This document shows positions 16,842 through 26,852 of a stretch of 64,000 nt of DNA, in pieces; the stretch's first letter is position 1; each line of letters begins with the position of its first letter. Position numbers and translations under genes: made by a program. Location: sequence record PQ287644.1; one strand, 5' to 3'. The notes under the pieces were generated by a model. The model was given only the letters and a program-made list of their open reading frames with translations, did no database searches and had not been told where the DNA came from.

Positions 16842-18311
16842 ATGAGTACGCCTCTTCTGTTTACCCAAGAGTTGGAATCGTCGGATACGTTGATTGTAAA
16901 TCTTCCGTTTTCCCCTATTTTCGATATGTTAAACACCGAGATCTTGATGAGTGCATCAGGGGTGGCGTATAACAACGGGGGTCTTTGTCGTAACAATGCG
17001 ATCGTCGGTGGGAACAACACCCAGAAGACCGGGATGACCGTACTGGGTATGGCACGGGTCCTGATTCGGTTTAAAGGGTCGGTTGTTTTCTTCTTTGATA
17101 TTGAAGCCACCTTCTCCGTAGACCGTCTGGCGGAAATGATAGATCGAGAGATCGGTATTCCCGGGTACTTCAATGAACAGATCCTCGGCAAACGCTTCTT
17201 CTACTTCTCTCGGAATGATTTGGTAAATCCCTGTGACGGCACCTTTGTTCATGATAAGTTCAAATGGTTGAAGGGGAAGATCGCCGAACAGATTAAAGCC
17301 AAAGCCGATATCTTCATGAAGACCCCCTTTATTGACAGTAAAGGCAACCCCGTTAAAATTATTACACCTATTCTGTGCGTGGTGGACTCTATCTCTGAAA
17401 TGCCCTTCCATCGGGTATCGGAACATTTCCAAGAAGGGGATGTTGATCAAGGCGGAGAGAAGAAGACACGAGACCTGGTGATTGGGAACCTCCGTCGCAT
17501 CGTCTATGAAGACGCCGATATCTTGGGTGGGGTATCGGGTTGTTACCAGATTTGGGTTGCTCAGGTTGTTGATAAGATCAACATGACTGGGCGTCCTGAG
17601 GAGAAGGAATCTATTTTCATCCGTCCGGGTAAGAAGCTGAAAGGTCCTAAGGCCATGATGCGTATTCCGCAGATCGGTCACGAGATCCTTAAAGGTTCAG
17701 TGCTTAAAGGCGGAAGTAATGGTCAAGAGTGGTTGTACCCGAATCCCTTTGGTAAAGATGTTATTGTGACTCCTGATGCCAAAGAAATGCCTGACTTGAT
17801 GATTTATAACAATCAACCCTATCGGAATAAAGCAGGGATGTCAGGCATTAACGCGTTCTTCATTGGTTCCCAGTCCATGGGGATTCAAGAAGGTCTGACC
17901 ATGTACCATGTACTGAAGACAGCTAAGTACTTCGGTTTGGAAGGGAGTGACCGTAGTCATCACTGCATTCTGTACCCTGATCTGAAGGTGGGACGTACCA
18001 CTGTATGGGAAAATACCATTGAAGACCGTAAATTCCTGCGAGCACTGACCATCATTTACCACTTGTGGTTCATGCAAACCTTCTGGCTGACACTCCCCCA
18101 CAAATACCGTCTGACTCCTCAGGCATTGTACGACGGTATTATTGCTCAAGGACTGGACTGGAACGATATTCTGGAGAACACGGTAGACTACTGGTACACC
18201 AATCCAGATATTGACAAGTACACTGTTACAACGTATGAACTCATTCGCATTGCACTGGGTGAACGTAAACCTTACTGGAAAGAGAAAGGTGCACCTAAGG
18301 CTATTGTTTAA
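16842..18311 (+). CDS. uvsX: RecA/UvsX-like recombinase
   Basis: Variant P-loop GGNNTQKT; FFDIEAT; Walker B CVVDSISE. Confidence 0.85.
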   Translation: MSTPLLFTQELESSDTLIVNLPFSPIFDMLNTEILMSASGVAYNNGGLCRNNAIVGGNNTQKTGMTVLGMARVLIRFKGSVVFFFDIEATFSVDRLAEMIDREIGIPGYFNEQILGKRFFYFSRNDLVNPCDGTFVHDKFKWLKGKIAEQIKAKADIFMKTPFIDSKGNPVKIITPILCVVDSISEMPFHRVSEHFQEGDVDQGGEKKTRDLVIGNLRRIVYEDADILGGVSGCYQIWVAQVVDKINMTGRPEEKESIFIRPGKKLKGPKAMMRIPQIGHEILKGSVLKGGSNGQEWLYPNPFGKDVIVTPDAKEMPDLMIYNNQPYRNKAGMSGINAFFIGSQSMGIQEGLTMYHVLKTAKYFGLEGSDRSHHCILYPDLKVGRTTVWENTIEDRKFLRALTIIYHLWFMQTFWLTLPHKYRLTPQALYDGIIAQGLDWNDILENTVDYWYTNPDIDKYTVTTYELIRIALGERKPYWKEKGAPKAIV

Positions 18312-18369
18312 ATAAAGGATGGGAGGATAGCCTGAGTCCTCCCATCCCGACTTTGTAAAGGACCCCCTC

Positions 18370-18744
18370 ATGGAAACAGCACCGTGCCCCACCACCATTC
18401 TCATTATGGCGGACAGTAACTTTATTAATCTTTGCCTGGATCCGTTCGACTACATCAGGCGGTTGAAAGAACGGGTGTCTGCTGTGCGGGAGGATAGCCC
18501 GTTGTTGTATACTGTCAGTGGTCGCTATGGTGTGAGTGCCATTGACAGTGAAATCCCGGTGATTGAAGTGAATGACCGGAATAAGACCCTCTTCAGTCAA
18601 ACCTTGGAGAACTGCTCCATGTTGTTTGATGAACTCCTGGCGATCAGTACGGTCGAGAGTGATCCCTTTATTAACTCCGCTAAAGAAGTGATTACGTTGG
18701 CCAACAAGACGTTTACACATTACAAATACCCGAGGAAAGTGTAA
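18370..18744 (+). CDS. Hypothetical protein
   Basis: 124-aa ORF with SD AAGGA; stop overlaps the next start. Confidence 0.6.
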   Translation: METAPCPTTILIMADSNFINLCLDPFDYIRRLKERVSAVREDSPLLYTVSGRYGVSAIDSEIPVIEVNDRNKTLFSQTLENCSMLFDELLAISTVESDPFINSAKEVITLANKTFTHYKYPRKV

Positions 18745-19421
18745 TGGCTGGTAACCGGAAGGCATTTGAAGAACATGTGTATAAAGCCTTTGGCCCTCTG
18801 ACCAAAGGGGGTGGCAATAAGAAGATTTATGAGAAACTCTTTGCCACTATGGACGATGACGCTTTTGAAGACTTCGTCCAGTGGTTGGAAAAAGGGAATC
18901 CGCTAGCGATTTGGGCCAGTAACTTTGTTCCTGAAGAGAAACTGAATTTTGATAACCTGATGAGACTCTGTAAACAGTTCGGTATTGAAGTTGAACACCA
19001 GCTGGTTATTTACGACGAAGACACCGGGATCAAGTCACTGACTGCTTATAAGGCGATTGTGGGACGTGCTGAAGTCCGTAAACAACGTCAGATGTTGTCC
19101 AAGAAGTTCAGTGCGGCTAAGAACGACTACGAAATCGATGACCTCACCGGTCAACCCATGGGGGACAGCCGGAGTGCGGGGATCAGCGGTCCTGAGGTTA
19201 CCGTACTGCGTAACCTGGGTTTGAACATCATGGCGAATGAACTGTACAACGTTAAAGGCGGCGACCAAGAGGCCTTTAAGGCGTACAAGAACGATTTGTT
19301 GACCACCGGTAAGACTACCACCAATGGGAGCCTGCGTAAAGGCTCGGGCACCAAGGTGCTGAGCACGGTCCACCACCTCATGCGTGGTCGTCATATCGAC
19401 ACTAACTTTAACCAGAAGTGA
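18744..19421 (+). CDS. rpoB: Virion RNA polymerase beta subunit, C-terminal part (phiKZ gp149-like)
   Basis: QMLSKKFSA...DDLTGQPMG...ISGPEV..L...G...ELYNVKGGD resembles the bacterial beta C-terminus (TQQPLGG...FGEMEV..L...TVKSDD). Confidence 0.75.
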   Translation: MAGNRKAFEEHVYKAFGPLTKGGGNKKIYEKLFATMDDDAFEDFVQWLEKGNPLAIWASNFVPEEKLNFDNLMRLCKQFGIEVEHQLVIYDEDTGIKSLTAYKAIVGRAEVRKQRQMLSKKFSAAKNDYEIDDLTGQPMGDSRSAGISGPEVTVLRNLGLNIMANELYNVKGGDQEAFKAYKNDLLTTGKTTTNGSLRKGSGTKVLSTVHHLMRGRHIDTNFNQK

Positions 19422-19430
19422 TATTTCCCC

Positions 19431-19844
19431 ATGGATAAACTCATTCATTTGTCGAATACCATTCAAGAAGTATGGTTAGACCTGTCAACCGGAGAAGCTC
19501 CTTCTCCCATTATTCAGAACTTCTCGTCGCTTATCAACCGTCCTTTGATCTGTTTTAATGAAGCCTATTCAGTCTTCATGAACCAAGTGGGAAGTAGGAG
19601 TGATCTCTTCGACAGTTGGGTCAGTATTCAAATGATGGTTATCACCCGCTTGGGCGAGCATCAGGTGGCGTTCAGTCAGTTCAGTCAAATGTTCAAGGAA
19701 GTCTTTAAGACCATTGAAGGGGGTAATGGACTGGATATTTCCGATGAGAATGAATATAAACGCTGGAGTTTCTTGATTGCTTTAGCGTTTAGGGTGTATA
19801 CCAGTCATTTCATTGTACCCCCACCTAAAGGACGTAAGGCATGA
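19431..19844 (+). CDS. Hypothetical protein
   Basis: 137-aa ORF in the operon; ATGA overlap with the next gene. Confidence 0.6.
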   Translation: MDKLIHLSNTIQEVWLDLSTGEAPSPIIQNFSSLINRPLICFNEAYSVFMNQVGSRSDLFDSWVSIQMMVITRLGEHQVAFSQFSQMFKEVFKTIEGGNGLDISDENEYKRWSFLIALAFRVYTSHFIVPPPKGRKA

Positions 19845-20623
19845 ATCGGGTATTAACCGCCTACGCGGATGTGGACAGTCTCTTCGATTATCGGAGGGGA
19901 TTGATTCAGAAGTGGTTAACACGAGACATGGCTGTTAGTGATGAAAACAGCTTGAGTGATGAAGCCTTTGCAGCGTATCAAGAGAAACGCCGGCTTCAAG
20001 GAGACACCCTGTGGGAACTTCATATTGAGAAGAACTACAGGGAGAGAAGGATGGATACGTTTAACTATCCGTTCTTTGGGTTCACCCGACAGATATTCAG
20101 GGAACTCTATCAGAAACGGAGCTTACGGGATTGGGGGTATGGGTATTACCCTACCGGGTTCCTGTCTAATTTCGTTAAGGTGATTATCGAGCATGAACAA
20201 CTGACCGATAAACCCATCGAGATCAAAGGGATTACCCTCACGATTAACTGTTTCCCTTATGTCATGGATACGGCCCTTAAGGAGGAGTTGATCGAGCACG
20301 TTAAGACTCGGTTAGGCTACCGGGTAGAGGTGAAGACCGTTGATGACGACATTATCAATGCGACACCCTCCTACTATCGACAGTTCGATTATGTCTTCAA
20401 ATACGACTTCCTGTTGAATGAAGACTATAAGTCCTTCTTTGAGAACGTCGGTAAACCGCCTATTCCTGATACGGCGTTTTTGGTTCCAGATCTCCTGGTT
20501 CAAGAAACCGAGTATTTGGAAGGGAGTATTTACGACCGTATCTTCGCCCAATCCATTGCGCTGGCTCCTGTATTGAAATTGATTCCGATCAACAAAGGTT
20601 TCTATGATTACTTGACGGACTAA
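19841..20623 (+). CDS. Conserved hypothetical protein
   Basis: 260-aa ORF followed by a hairpin at about 20634-20661. Confidence 0.65.
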   Translation: MNRVLTAYADVDSLFDYRRGLIQKWLTRDMAVSDENSLSDEAFAAYQEKRRLQGDTLWELHIEKNYRERRMDTFNYPFFGFTRQIFRELYQKRSLRDWGYGYYPTGFLSNFVKVIIEHEQLTDKPIEIKGITLTINCFPYVMDTALKEELIEHVKTRLGYRVEVKTVDDDIINATPSYYRQFDYVFKYDFLLNEDYKSFFENVGKPPIPDTAFLVPDLLVQETEYLEGSIYDRIFAQSIALAPVLKLIPINKGFYDYLTD

Positions 20624-20673
20624 CCCCTTTATTAACTGGGTGGGGAAATCCCCACCCAGTTATGTTCGCTTGG

Positions 20674-21186
20674 TCAAATTTCCTCACCATCGATACCCAC
20701 CAGTTGATTCCCCTGGACCAGCTCTTCTTCCGTAATGGGACTCAAGGTAGGATCCAGAGGCAGGGGTTTAGAGGGATCCAGTACGAAATGGGAGAACTCA
20801 AAGGTGGGGAGTTTAATCCCTCCACTTTGAATACGCTCCATAGCCTCCAGCATTTGGTTAAAGGCCAGTCGGTTGCCTTCGTTCTCTTTCTTCTTAGCCC
20901 GCTCTTTACGGTCATCCCGTACGGTCTTTTCAATCTGCGCAATAATCTGGGTGACCCCTTCCAGCAGGTGCGCATTCTTCGGATTATCCAAGTACGCAGA
21001 CATAGCGTATTCCAGAATGAAAGCCCGGTTACGTTGTACTACCTTAACCAGTTCTTCCTGTTCGATATCCTCCAGATTACCAGTCATTGCCTTACGGAGT
21101 TCTTCCAGAACCGTTTGCATTCTATCCATATCCAAAGGACCGGCTTTCTTCTTTTCCTTTTCGGGTGTGTCGTCAGGCGTTTCCAT
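20674..21186 (-). CDS. Conserved hypothetical coiled-coil protein
   Basis: 170-aa charged helical ORF. Confidence 0.65.
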   Translation of the reverse strand: METPDDTPEKEKKKAGPLDMDRMQTVLEELRKAMTGNLEDIEQEELVKVVQRNRAFILEYAMSAYLDNPKNAHLLEGVTQIIAQIEKTVRDDRKERAKKKENEGNRLAFNQMLEAMERIQSGGIKLPTFEFSHFVLDPSKPLPLDPTLSPITEEELVQGNQLVGIDGEEI

Positions 21187-21235
21187 GATTTTTCAGACCT
21201 ACATTATTCGTTTGAGTGGTTAGGAGTATGTGTAA

Positions 21236-21814
21236 ATGGCACTAACTAAACGGGCTCTATTCAGGTGGTTAAGCCGGATACCTGGTATAGGTAACCTGTT
21301 TAACCGAAAACTGGATTCCCTCACGATCGAGCAGCTGACTGAGATTAATCAACGGTTCTCTAAGGCTTCAGTACGGTTCGCAGCTCAGATCCAGGATCTA
21401 TACGATTGCTTAAAGCCCCTAAATACGTCCTTTGACATCGATCCGAGGGTCTACCTACCCTTACCTATTGAACTGTCAACAAAGTCCTCTAAGGACGCTC
21501 ACAGGCTGGTAGAGAGGGTACTGTCAGGTTACTCGTGGAACCCTGACGAACACTTCGTGAGTAACATGATCGAATACTACCCCAGTTTCCTGGACTGGTA
21601 CAGTAACGGTTACAGTCTCGACGGGTATTACCAGGGAATGGTGAAACTCATGGAACTGTATTGTGCCTTATTCCCCGTTATACCGAATGAGGACGATCCT
21701 GTTGAATGTCATCCTGTCGTAGAGAACTTCTTAACCAGCCGGTGGTTTAGGCTGATGGTTATTGACCTGATCAAAATACTGACTCTGGTACTTATCCAAC
21801 GTCGGGGAGGTTAA
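21236..21814 (+). CDS. Hypothetical protein
   Basis: SD AGGAG; 192 aa. Confidence 0.65.
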   Translation: MALTKRALFRWLSRIPGIGNLFNRKLDSLTIEQLTEINQRFSKASVRFAAQIQDLYDCLKPLNTSFDIDPRVYLPLPIELSTKSSKDAHRLVERVLSGYSWNPDEHFVSNMIEYYPSFLDWYSNGYSLDGYYQGMVKLMELYCALFPVIPNEDDPVECHPVVENFLTSRWFRLMVIDLIKILTLVLIQRRGG

Positions 21815-22249
21815 ATGGAAGCAAACAGAAAGAGACCCAAAGCCAGCCGGTTGGAGAGTATCTCCCACAAGTTTGTACGGGATGAAGAACTCAGAGATCC
21901 CCCCGCCCGGTTATTCCGGGCAATTCTGAACAAAGTGGTTCCTACCCCTCACAAGTGGAAGAACTACTTACGGGATTATCTGGAGTATGTGGTAACCACC
22001 CGAGATCCCCAACGGGCTAAGACCGAACGCATTACCCGGCAAGGTAACATTAAGGCAACCTATTTCCAAAGCTATACGTTAACCTTCCAGAAACTCTTGG
22101 AAGGGTTGTCTATCCTACGGATGAAATCTTGCAGAATCATCATCGAGGTTGTTGATGAACACGGTGAAATACTCACAGTGGAAGAAACTATTCGCATCGT
22201 AGAGAAGAAGCGTTTGGAGAAACCCATTGTGGATGAACCGGAAGAGTGA
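21815..22249 (+). CDS. Basic conserved hypothetical protein
   Basis: SD GGGGAGG; 144 aa; followed by a hairpin and T tract. Confidence 0.65.
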   Translation: MEANRKRPKASRLESISHKFVRDEELRDPPARLFRAILNKVVPTPHKWKNYLRDYLEYVVTTRDPQRAKTERITRQGNIKATYFQSYTLTFQKLLEGLSILRMKSCRIIIEVVDEHGEILTVEETIRIVEKKRLEKPIVDEPEE

Positions 22250-22316
22250 ATGCAGGAGTAGGTGCGCTAACGCACCTACTCCCTTCCCCTTTATTCTTTA
22301 TTTTTGGAGTGCCGCT

Positions 22317-23426
22317 ATGGGTATCCTTGACGGGTTCAATCTGTCGTCGGGTATTAATGCCTTTAAGAAAGAAACCGAAACCGCAATGCGGGGGGTTAAA
22401 AGTGAAACCCTAACCCCTATTGATGTCACCGCCAGTCGCCTTAAAGAAGGGGTGGCTCTTACTAACCCGAATGACACCACACTCAAGTCAACCATTACCG
22501 CGTACCGGAGTTCGGTTGTAGAAGCCCTAGACGGTGTTATTGGAGCCCTGTCAGGCGGTTTACTCAATACGAAGGACATTACCCGAGCCATTCGTATTGA
22601 TGGTAATGGGGTCAGTTTCAGTGACGATGACTTGATTACCGCGGCAGGGAATCAAATGGGTGTTAACGTCTGGGGTAAGAACGGCGTTAAGCAACTCATT
22701 GCAGACACCCTCACCGCAGAATTCAATCGACTCACTGGATTGAATGTGGGTCAAATTATCCAGGTCGGTTATGGTGACAAAGGTTCACCCTTCCGTATCA
22801 ATGACAGTTGGAGAACTCAGCTCGGTAGTGCCACCCTCGATATGCTCAGGGATTATACCGGTATTGATGAGTTTGTAGACGTCAGTGTTCAATCGGCGTT
22901 TTACAACGCTATCCTGTACAACTCAGCGATGTACGGGATGAGTGACAGTTATAAGACCCAATGGGATAACTACCCGTATACCTCTCTAAGACAAGATGCC
23001 TTTATTGAAGCCATTCAGTACATGATTACGAATGGGGATGTTGAGAGCATCAGTAAGGTCTTTGAACTCATTAATACCGAAGGGAAGAATACCTTACTGA
23101 GTAAATACCCGGATTTCATTGAAACCCTCTTTACCAAGTTCTCCTTCGACAGTCAGGTACACAGTGAAGAGCACCCCGCCATTCGTACGAAACTCTTAAA
23201 CGTCTTAGAAACGGTAGCGGGTAAAGAGTGGTATTACCGGGAGACCCAATTCGGTAAAGCGTACAACCTGGGGTTGGTATCGAACATCAGTGACGACATG
23301 GTAACCCTGTTAACGCCTGTCGAAGAGTTGATTCCCCTCTTAACCACCCGGGGGATCTTTCAGACTGAACGGGCAACGGATGTATTGAATCAATCCTTCC
23401 CGAATGCCCCTATTCGCATTAAATAA
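22317..23426 (+). CDS. Probable virion (tail/baseplate) protein
   Basis: SD GGAG before ATG 22317; 369 aa; ends at the convergent terminator 23438-23470. Confidence 0.65.
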   Translation: MGILDGFNLSSGINAFKKETETAMRGVKSETLTPIDVTASRLKEGVALTNPNDTTLKSTITAYRSSVVEALDGVIGALSGGLLNTKDITRAIRIDGNGVSFSDDDLITAAGNQMGVNVWGKNGVKQLIADTLTAEFNRLTGLNVGQIIQVGYGDKGSPFRINDSWRTQLGSATLDMLRDYTGIDEFVDVSVQSAFYNAILYNSAMYGMSDSYKTQWDNYPYTSLRQDAFIEAIQYMITNGDVESISKVFELINTEGKNTLLSKYPDFIETLFTKFSFDSQVHSEEHPAIRTKLLNVLETVAGKEWYYRETQFGKAYNLGLVSNISDDMVTLLTPVEELIPLLTTRGIFQTERATDVLNQSFPNAPIRIK

Positions 23427-23472
23427 CCCTAACGAAGACTCCCCTACCCCAATTAATGGGGTAGGGGAGTTA

Positions 23473-24525
23473 TTACTGAATAAGTTCTTTTGTAAACGTG
23501 TGTTTCTTGTGAGTAGGTCTCTTACCCTTTATGCATTTCAACACATTAGGGTAAATAAACCCAGCCTCCCTTAATTCTAACCACCCCCTGTACTCCGTAA
23601 CTACTCCGGTTTCAATATGCTTAGCAAAGTAAACCCATTTCTGTCTTGCTTCGCAAGGTCTGTCTTTCTGACTCCACTCGTAGTCCTGTATAACCTTTAC
23701 AAGCGCGGCGGAAGGGTTACGGTTGAACTTCTCAACACTCTCTTTAGGGATCTCCCTCCAGGTACACCCCCGGTACGTTTTAGTCTTACCTATTCTTACG
23801 CTATGCAGGGCTTTGTGATCAATACCCAACTCTTCGCATTCCCGTTGACCTACCACCACGAACTCAGTCCCGTTAAACTCAGGTATATCCACCACCGTAG
23901 CCACCATTGGGCGAACAGTCCGATGATCCATACCTGTGAGATTAACGATCAATCCATTTTCCCTGGCGTGTTTCATATTCTCAGCAGAGGAGGCCCATTC
24001 CAGGTTCTCGAAATCGTTATCGTCCTTAATGGCATTCTTGTGGTTAACCTCTAGTTCCCCAAGGGGATAGTTAAGCAAGTGCTGAGGAAGCGGGTTGAAC
24101 CGGTAACACACAAGACGATGAGCCGACATCGGATAACCATCGACTACCAACGTCTTGTACCCTCTTTGAGCAACATATCCACTGAGTGGTCGATAAGTCC
24201 TCAAGTCAAAGAAACGACCTTTGTTACTTACCATCAAGTAATCAAAGTCTCGGTATTCCTTCTTACTGGTACCCGCCTTGGTGTAAGGGAAATACTTCGC
24301 CTTCAACCACACCTCAAAGTCTGGGTCTTCCTTGAGTTTCTTCTTCAGGGCTTTGTTAACGACAGACGCAATGGTCTGGTCGTCCGCAATCCCTATCAGC
24401 TTTACAGCCAACCTGGGCAAAAGGTCCTTCAGGGTATTGAACTCCTTGAAGAATCGAGGGATGTTAACCTTCAACGCCTCAGTATAGTCCAGTTTGCCAT
24501 CAACTCTCTTTGCAGGTATTCTCAT
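23473..24525 (-). CDS. Free-standing HNH homing endonuclease
   Basis: SAHRLVC...VNHKNAIKDDNDFENLEWASSAENMKHA; NUMOD1-like C-terminal repeats (FIYPNVLKCIKGKRPTHKKHTF). Confidence 0.9.
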   Translation of the reverse strand: MRIPAKRVDGKLDYTEALKVNIPRFFKEFNTLKDLLPRLAVKLIGIADDQTIASVVNKALKKKLKEDPDFEVWLKAKYFPYTKAGTSKKEYRDFDYLMVSNKGRFFDLRTYRPLSGYVAQRGYKTLVVDGYPMSAHRLVCYRFNPLPQHLLNYPLGELEVNHKNAIKDDNDFENLEWASSAENMKHARENGLIVNLTGMDHRTVRPMVATVVDIPEFNGTEFVVVGQRECEELGIDHKALHSVRIGKTKTYRGCTWREIPKESVEKFNRNPSAALVKVIQDYEWSQKDRPCEARQKWVYFAKHIETGVVTEYRGWLELREAGFIYPNVLKCIKGKRPTHKKHTFTKELIQ

Positions 24526-24533
24526 GAAGAAAT

Positions 24534-24561
24534 CTCCTATTTATTTACCATATAATAGGAG
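24534..24561 (-). promoter_or_regulatory. SD-sequestering hairpin with TATG (candidate late promoter) in the loop
   Basis: Minus strand reads CTCCTATT-ATATGGTAAATA-AATAGGAG-N8-ATG. Confidence 0.65.
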
Positions 24562-24592
24562 GGGGCGTGAAACCCCCGAGTTTACTGGCTTT

Positions 24593-26784
24593 CTATCTTG
24601 CAAGAGGGCGTGAAAGGATCCTGGCGAGATCTGCCGCTATCGAGTCATTTATCTTAGCCGCGATGTTGTCAGAACGAATACTGGTCTTAATATCCGTGAC
24701 CACACCCGTCAGTTGACGGTTCAAACGCGACCACCGCAGAATGGTATCCAGGTAGTCCATCCCTGTGATACGACTGGCAAAGTTGTTGAACGCACTGTCA
24801 TCCGACAGAATACGACTGACCACCGCATTCGGATTAGTAAGATCCAGGATACTAATGGACCGATCAATGGGAAGGGTGACCAGGGGTTCCAGATCGGTAA
24901 TCTGTAAACTGGCCGTCATATTCAACGGTTTACGATCACGAGTCCACCCCGCATCTCCTTCCCCCAGGGTCAGATCCAATTGAGTCACCAGACCGGTACG
25001 GATGATTCCACGAGACTTACAGAAAGCTTTCACGTAGAAGGGGAGGTATGGGTTCCACCGCCTGAGGTATTACCGGCCACTAAGGGCAGTAGGAGGGAAA
25101 TCAATACCCAGATCTTAACAATCTGCTCATACGGGTGTGCGTAGTTACACACTGACTTAATGGTGTAGGTCTCCGTATGGAGATTGCAGGTGGATTCAGT
25201 CCAGTGGTCAGGGATCTTGACGTAACTGTTATTGGCAACAGCCAGGGGGATATTTCCAATAACAGACCCTGAAAGGGCTCCCATAGCCGCGTCTTTAACA
25301 ATGTTAATCAGTCCATCGACAATGGCTAAGCCAGTTTGACCTTTAGCCACATCGAAGGTGAAGTCATTGGTAGTGCGAACAATGGAATTGAACTTCTCCG
25401 CCATAGGCGATTGCCCAGTGCTATTAGAGAAGGAATCCCGAGTAGCTCCCCCGTTCCCCTCTACGCGGAAGGTGATCCCATCCATACCGCCAGATACAGC
25501 GGTTTTAACGAGGTCGTAAATATCTCCCATCCAGGTACGATCGTTAGGGTTGTCTTCGTAGTAGAACTGATCCCCATTGTTAATAGAGGGATTAGCGGTT
25601 ACTGAGGGGGTAGCGGGAGAGGGGCGTTGAGGGCGTTCGTTGGGGTTTACAGGAGGAGCTGAAGTACCATAAGACCCACCCGTTCCCATAGGCTGCATGG
25701 TGGAGGTGGGTTGTCCGTCAGGTCCGGTTGGAGGTTGTTCCAGTTCAAGGTTGGCAATTCCATATTGCTTATTACGTGCAGGGTCGATGTCTTGATAAGC
25801 GCCTCGGTTGAGGTAGGCACTGTCTTCTTCAACGTAGTTGGGTTCGTTATCACCCCGGTATTTACCGACTGTGCTCATTTCCTTTTCAATATACTCTTGA
25901 GAAGGTCTGCCAGCGGTTACTGAACGATCGAAGGTGACTTCTTGAAGGATTTGTTTGGCTCGTTCCAATTTCTGTTGGGGGGAGTTAATTGAAACGTCGT
26001 TGTCCATAGAGGCCAGACGCTCCAACATTACCCGGTGTTTACGCACCCCTTTATTGACCAACCGCATGAGGTCAATAGTCCCATCCTGGTTGATAGTATC
26101 CGGGAAGAGGGTAGACAAACTGGAAACGACTTTACTGTTGTCGTAATCGGGTTTAAGACCGTACAGGGGATCGGTCTGTTGCTGGTTCATCTTAGGTAGG
26201 ATGGGATCGATGTACCCCAGTTTCACCATGAAGTCATTCAGTACACCGGTAGCCACCATGGTGTACGCCCCAACCGCAGGCTTAACAGTCCAGAACTGAT
26301 GCTTGGGGGAATCTGCTAAGAATGCCAGGAATTGGGTGCTGATACTCAACAGCTGCATAGGCCAAAAGGCAATAGAACCGATGGCTTGTCCCATGTAGAA
26401 CGACAGACTGGGCGCCCGCCCTTTGTTCGCAATGATAGCCGCTGCGGGAGAGAACATGTTTGTAATGAATGACAACAGACCAGCGAACTGAGCCACGCCT
26501 GGGGTAATGGTTAAGAGGGTGGCGTTGTTGTCGTAGATCTCTTTATACATGGAGCCGAATCCCCCTTCTGGGGTGACCATTAACCGTCCGTAACGAGGAT
26601 CGGTCGCAGGGCTCCATTGAGGCACAGGGTTCACAAAGCGGTTATCCCCTGTTGCACTACTGAAAACGTTGAAATATTTGTCCCAATCGAGGATGTCTAA
26701 TACTTCACTCGGTGGGATACCGCGGGTTAACAGACGGAACGATTTCGTGATAATGTCCCGGTCGCGTGTCGTCACCTGAGCCAT
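24593..26784 (-). CDS. Baseplate/tail-hub protein (phiKZ gp182-like), about 730 aa; apparent -1 frameshift at the G run 25040-25043
   Basis: Adding one base joins ...GGTHTSP to FYVKAFCKSRG (track ORFs 25030-26856 and 24593-25033); SD before ATG 26784. Confidence 0.7.
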
Positions 26785-26852
26785 CGTGAATAAATTCCTA
26801 AGGTTAACTAAAAGAGGCGGGGAGTACATCAGTACTCCCCTATTAAGATGGA

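Noticed and set aside
16985-17035. Non-canonical Walker A (GGNNTQKT) suggesting a dead recombinase
   Set aside because: Deviant P-loops are, to my recollection, typical of phiKZ-family UvsX proteins.
21195-21208. Sixth early-promoter-like sequence AGACCTACATTATT
   Set aside because: It lacks both the upstream TTAAC and the downstream GTG box, so it was left uncalled.
24593-25033. Separate 146-aa gene after the baseplate gene
   Set aside because: It is the C-terminus of the upstream gene, displaced by a -1 G-run error.
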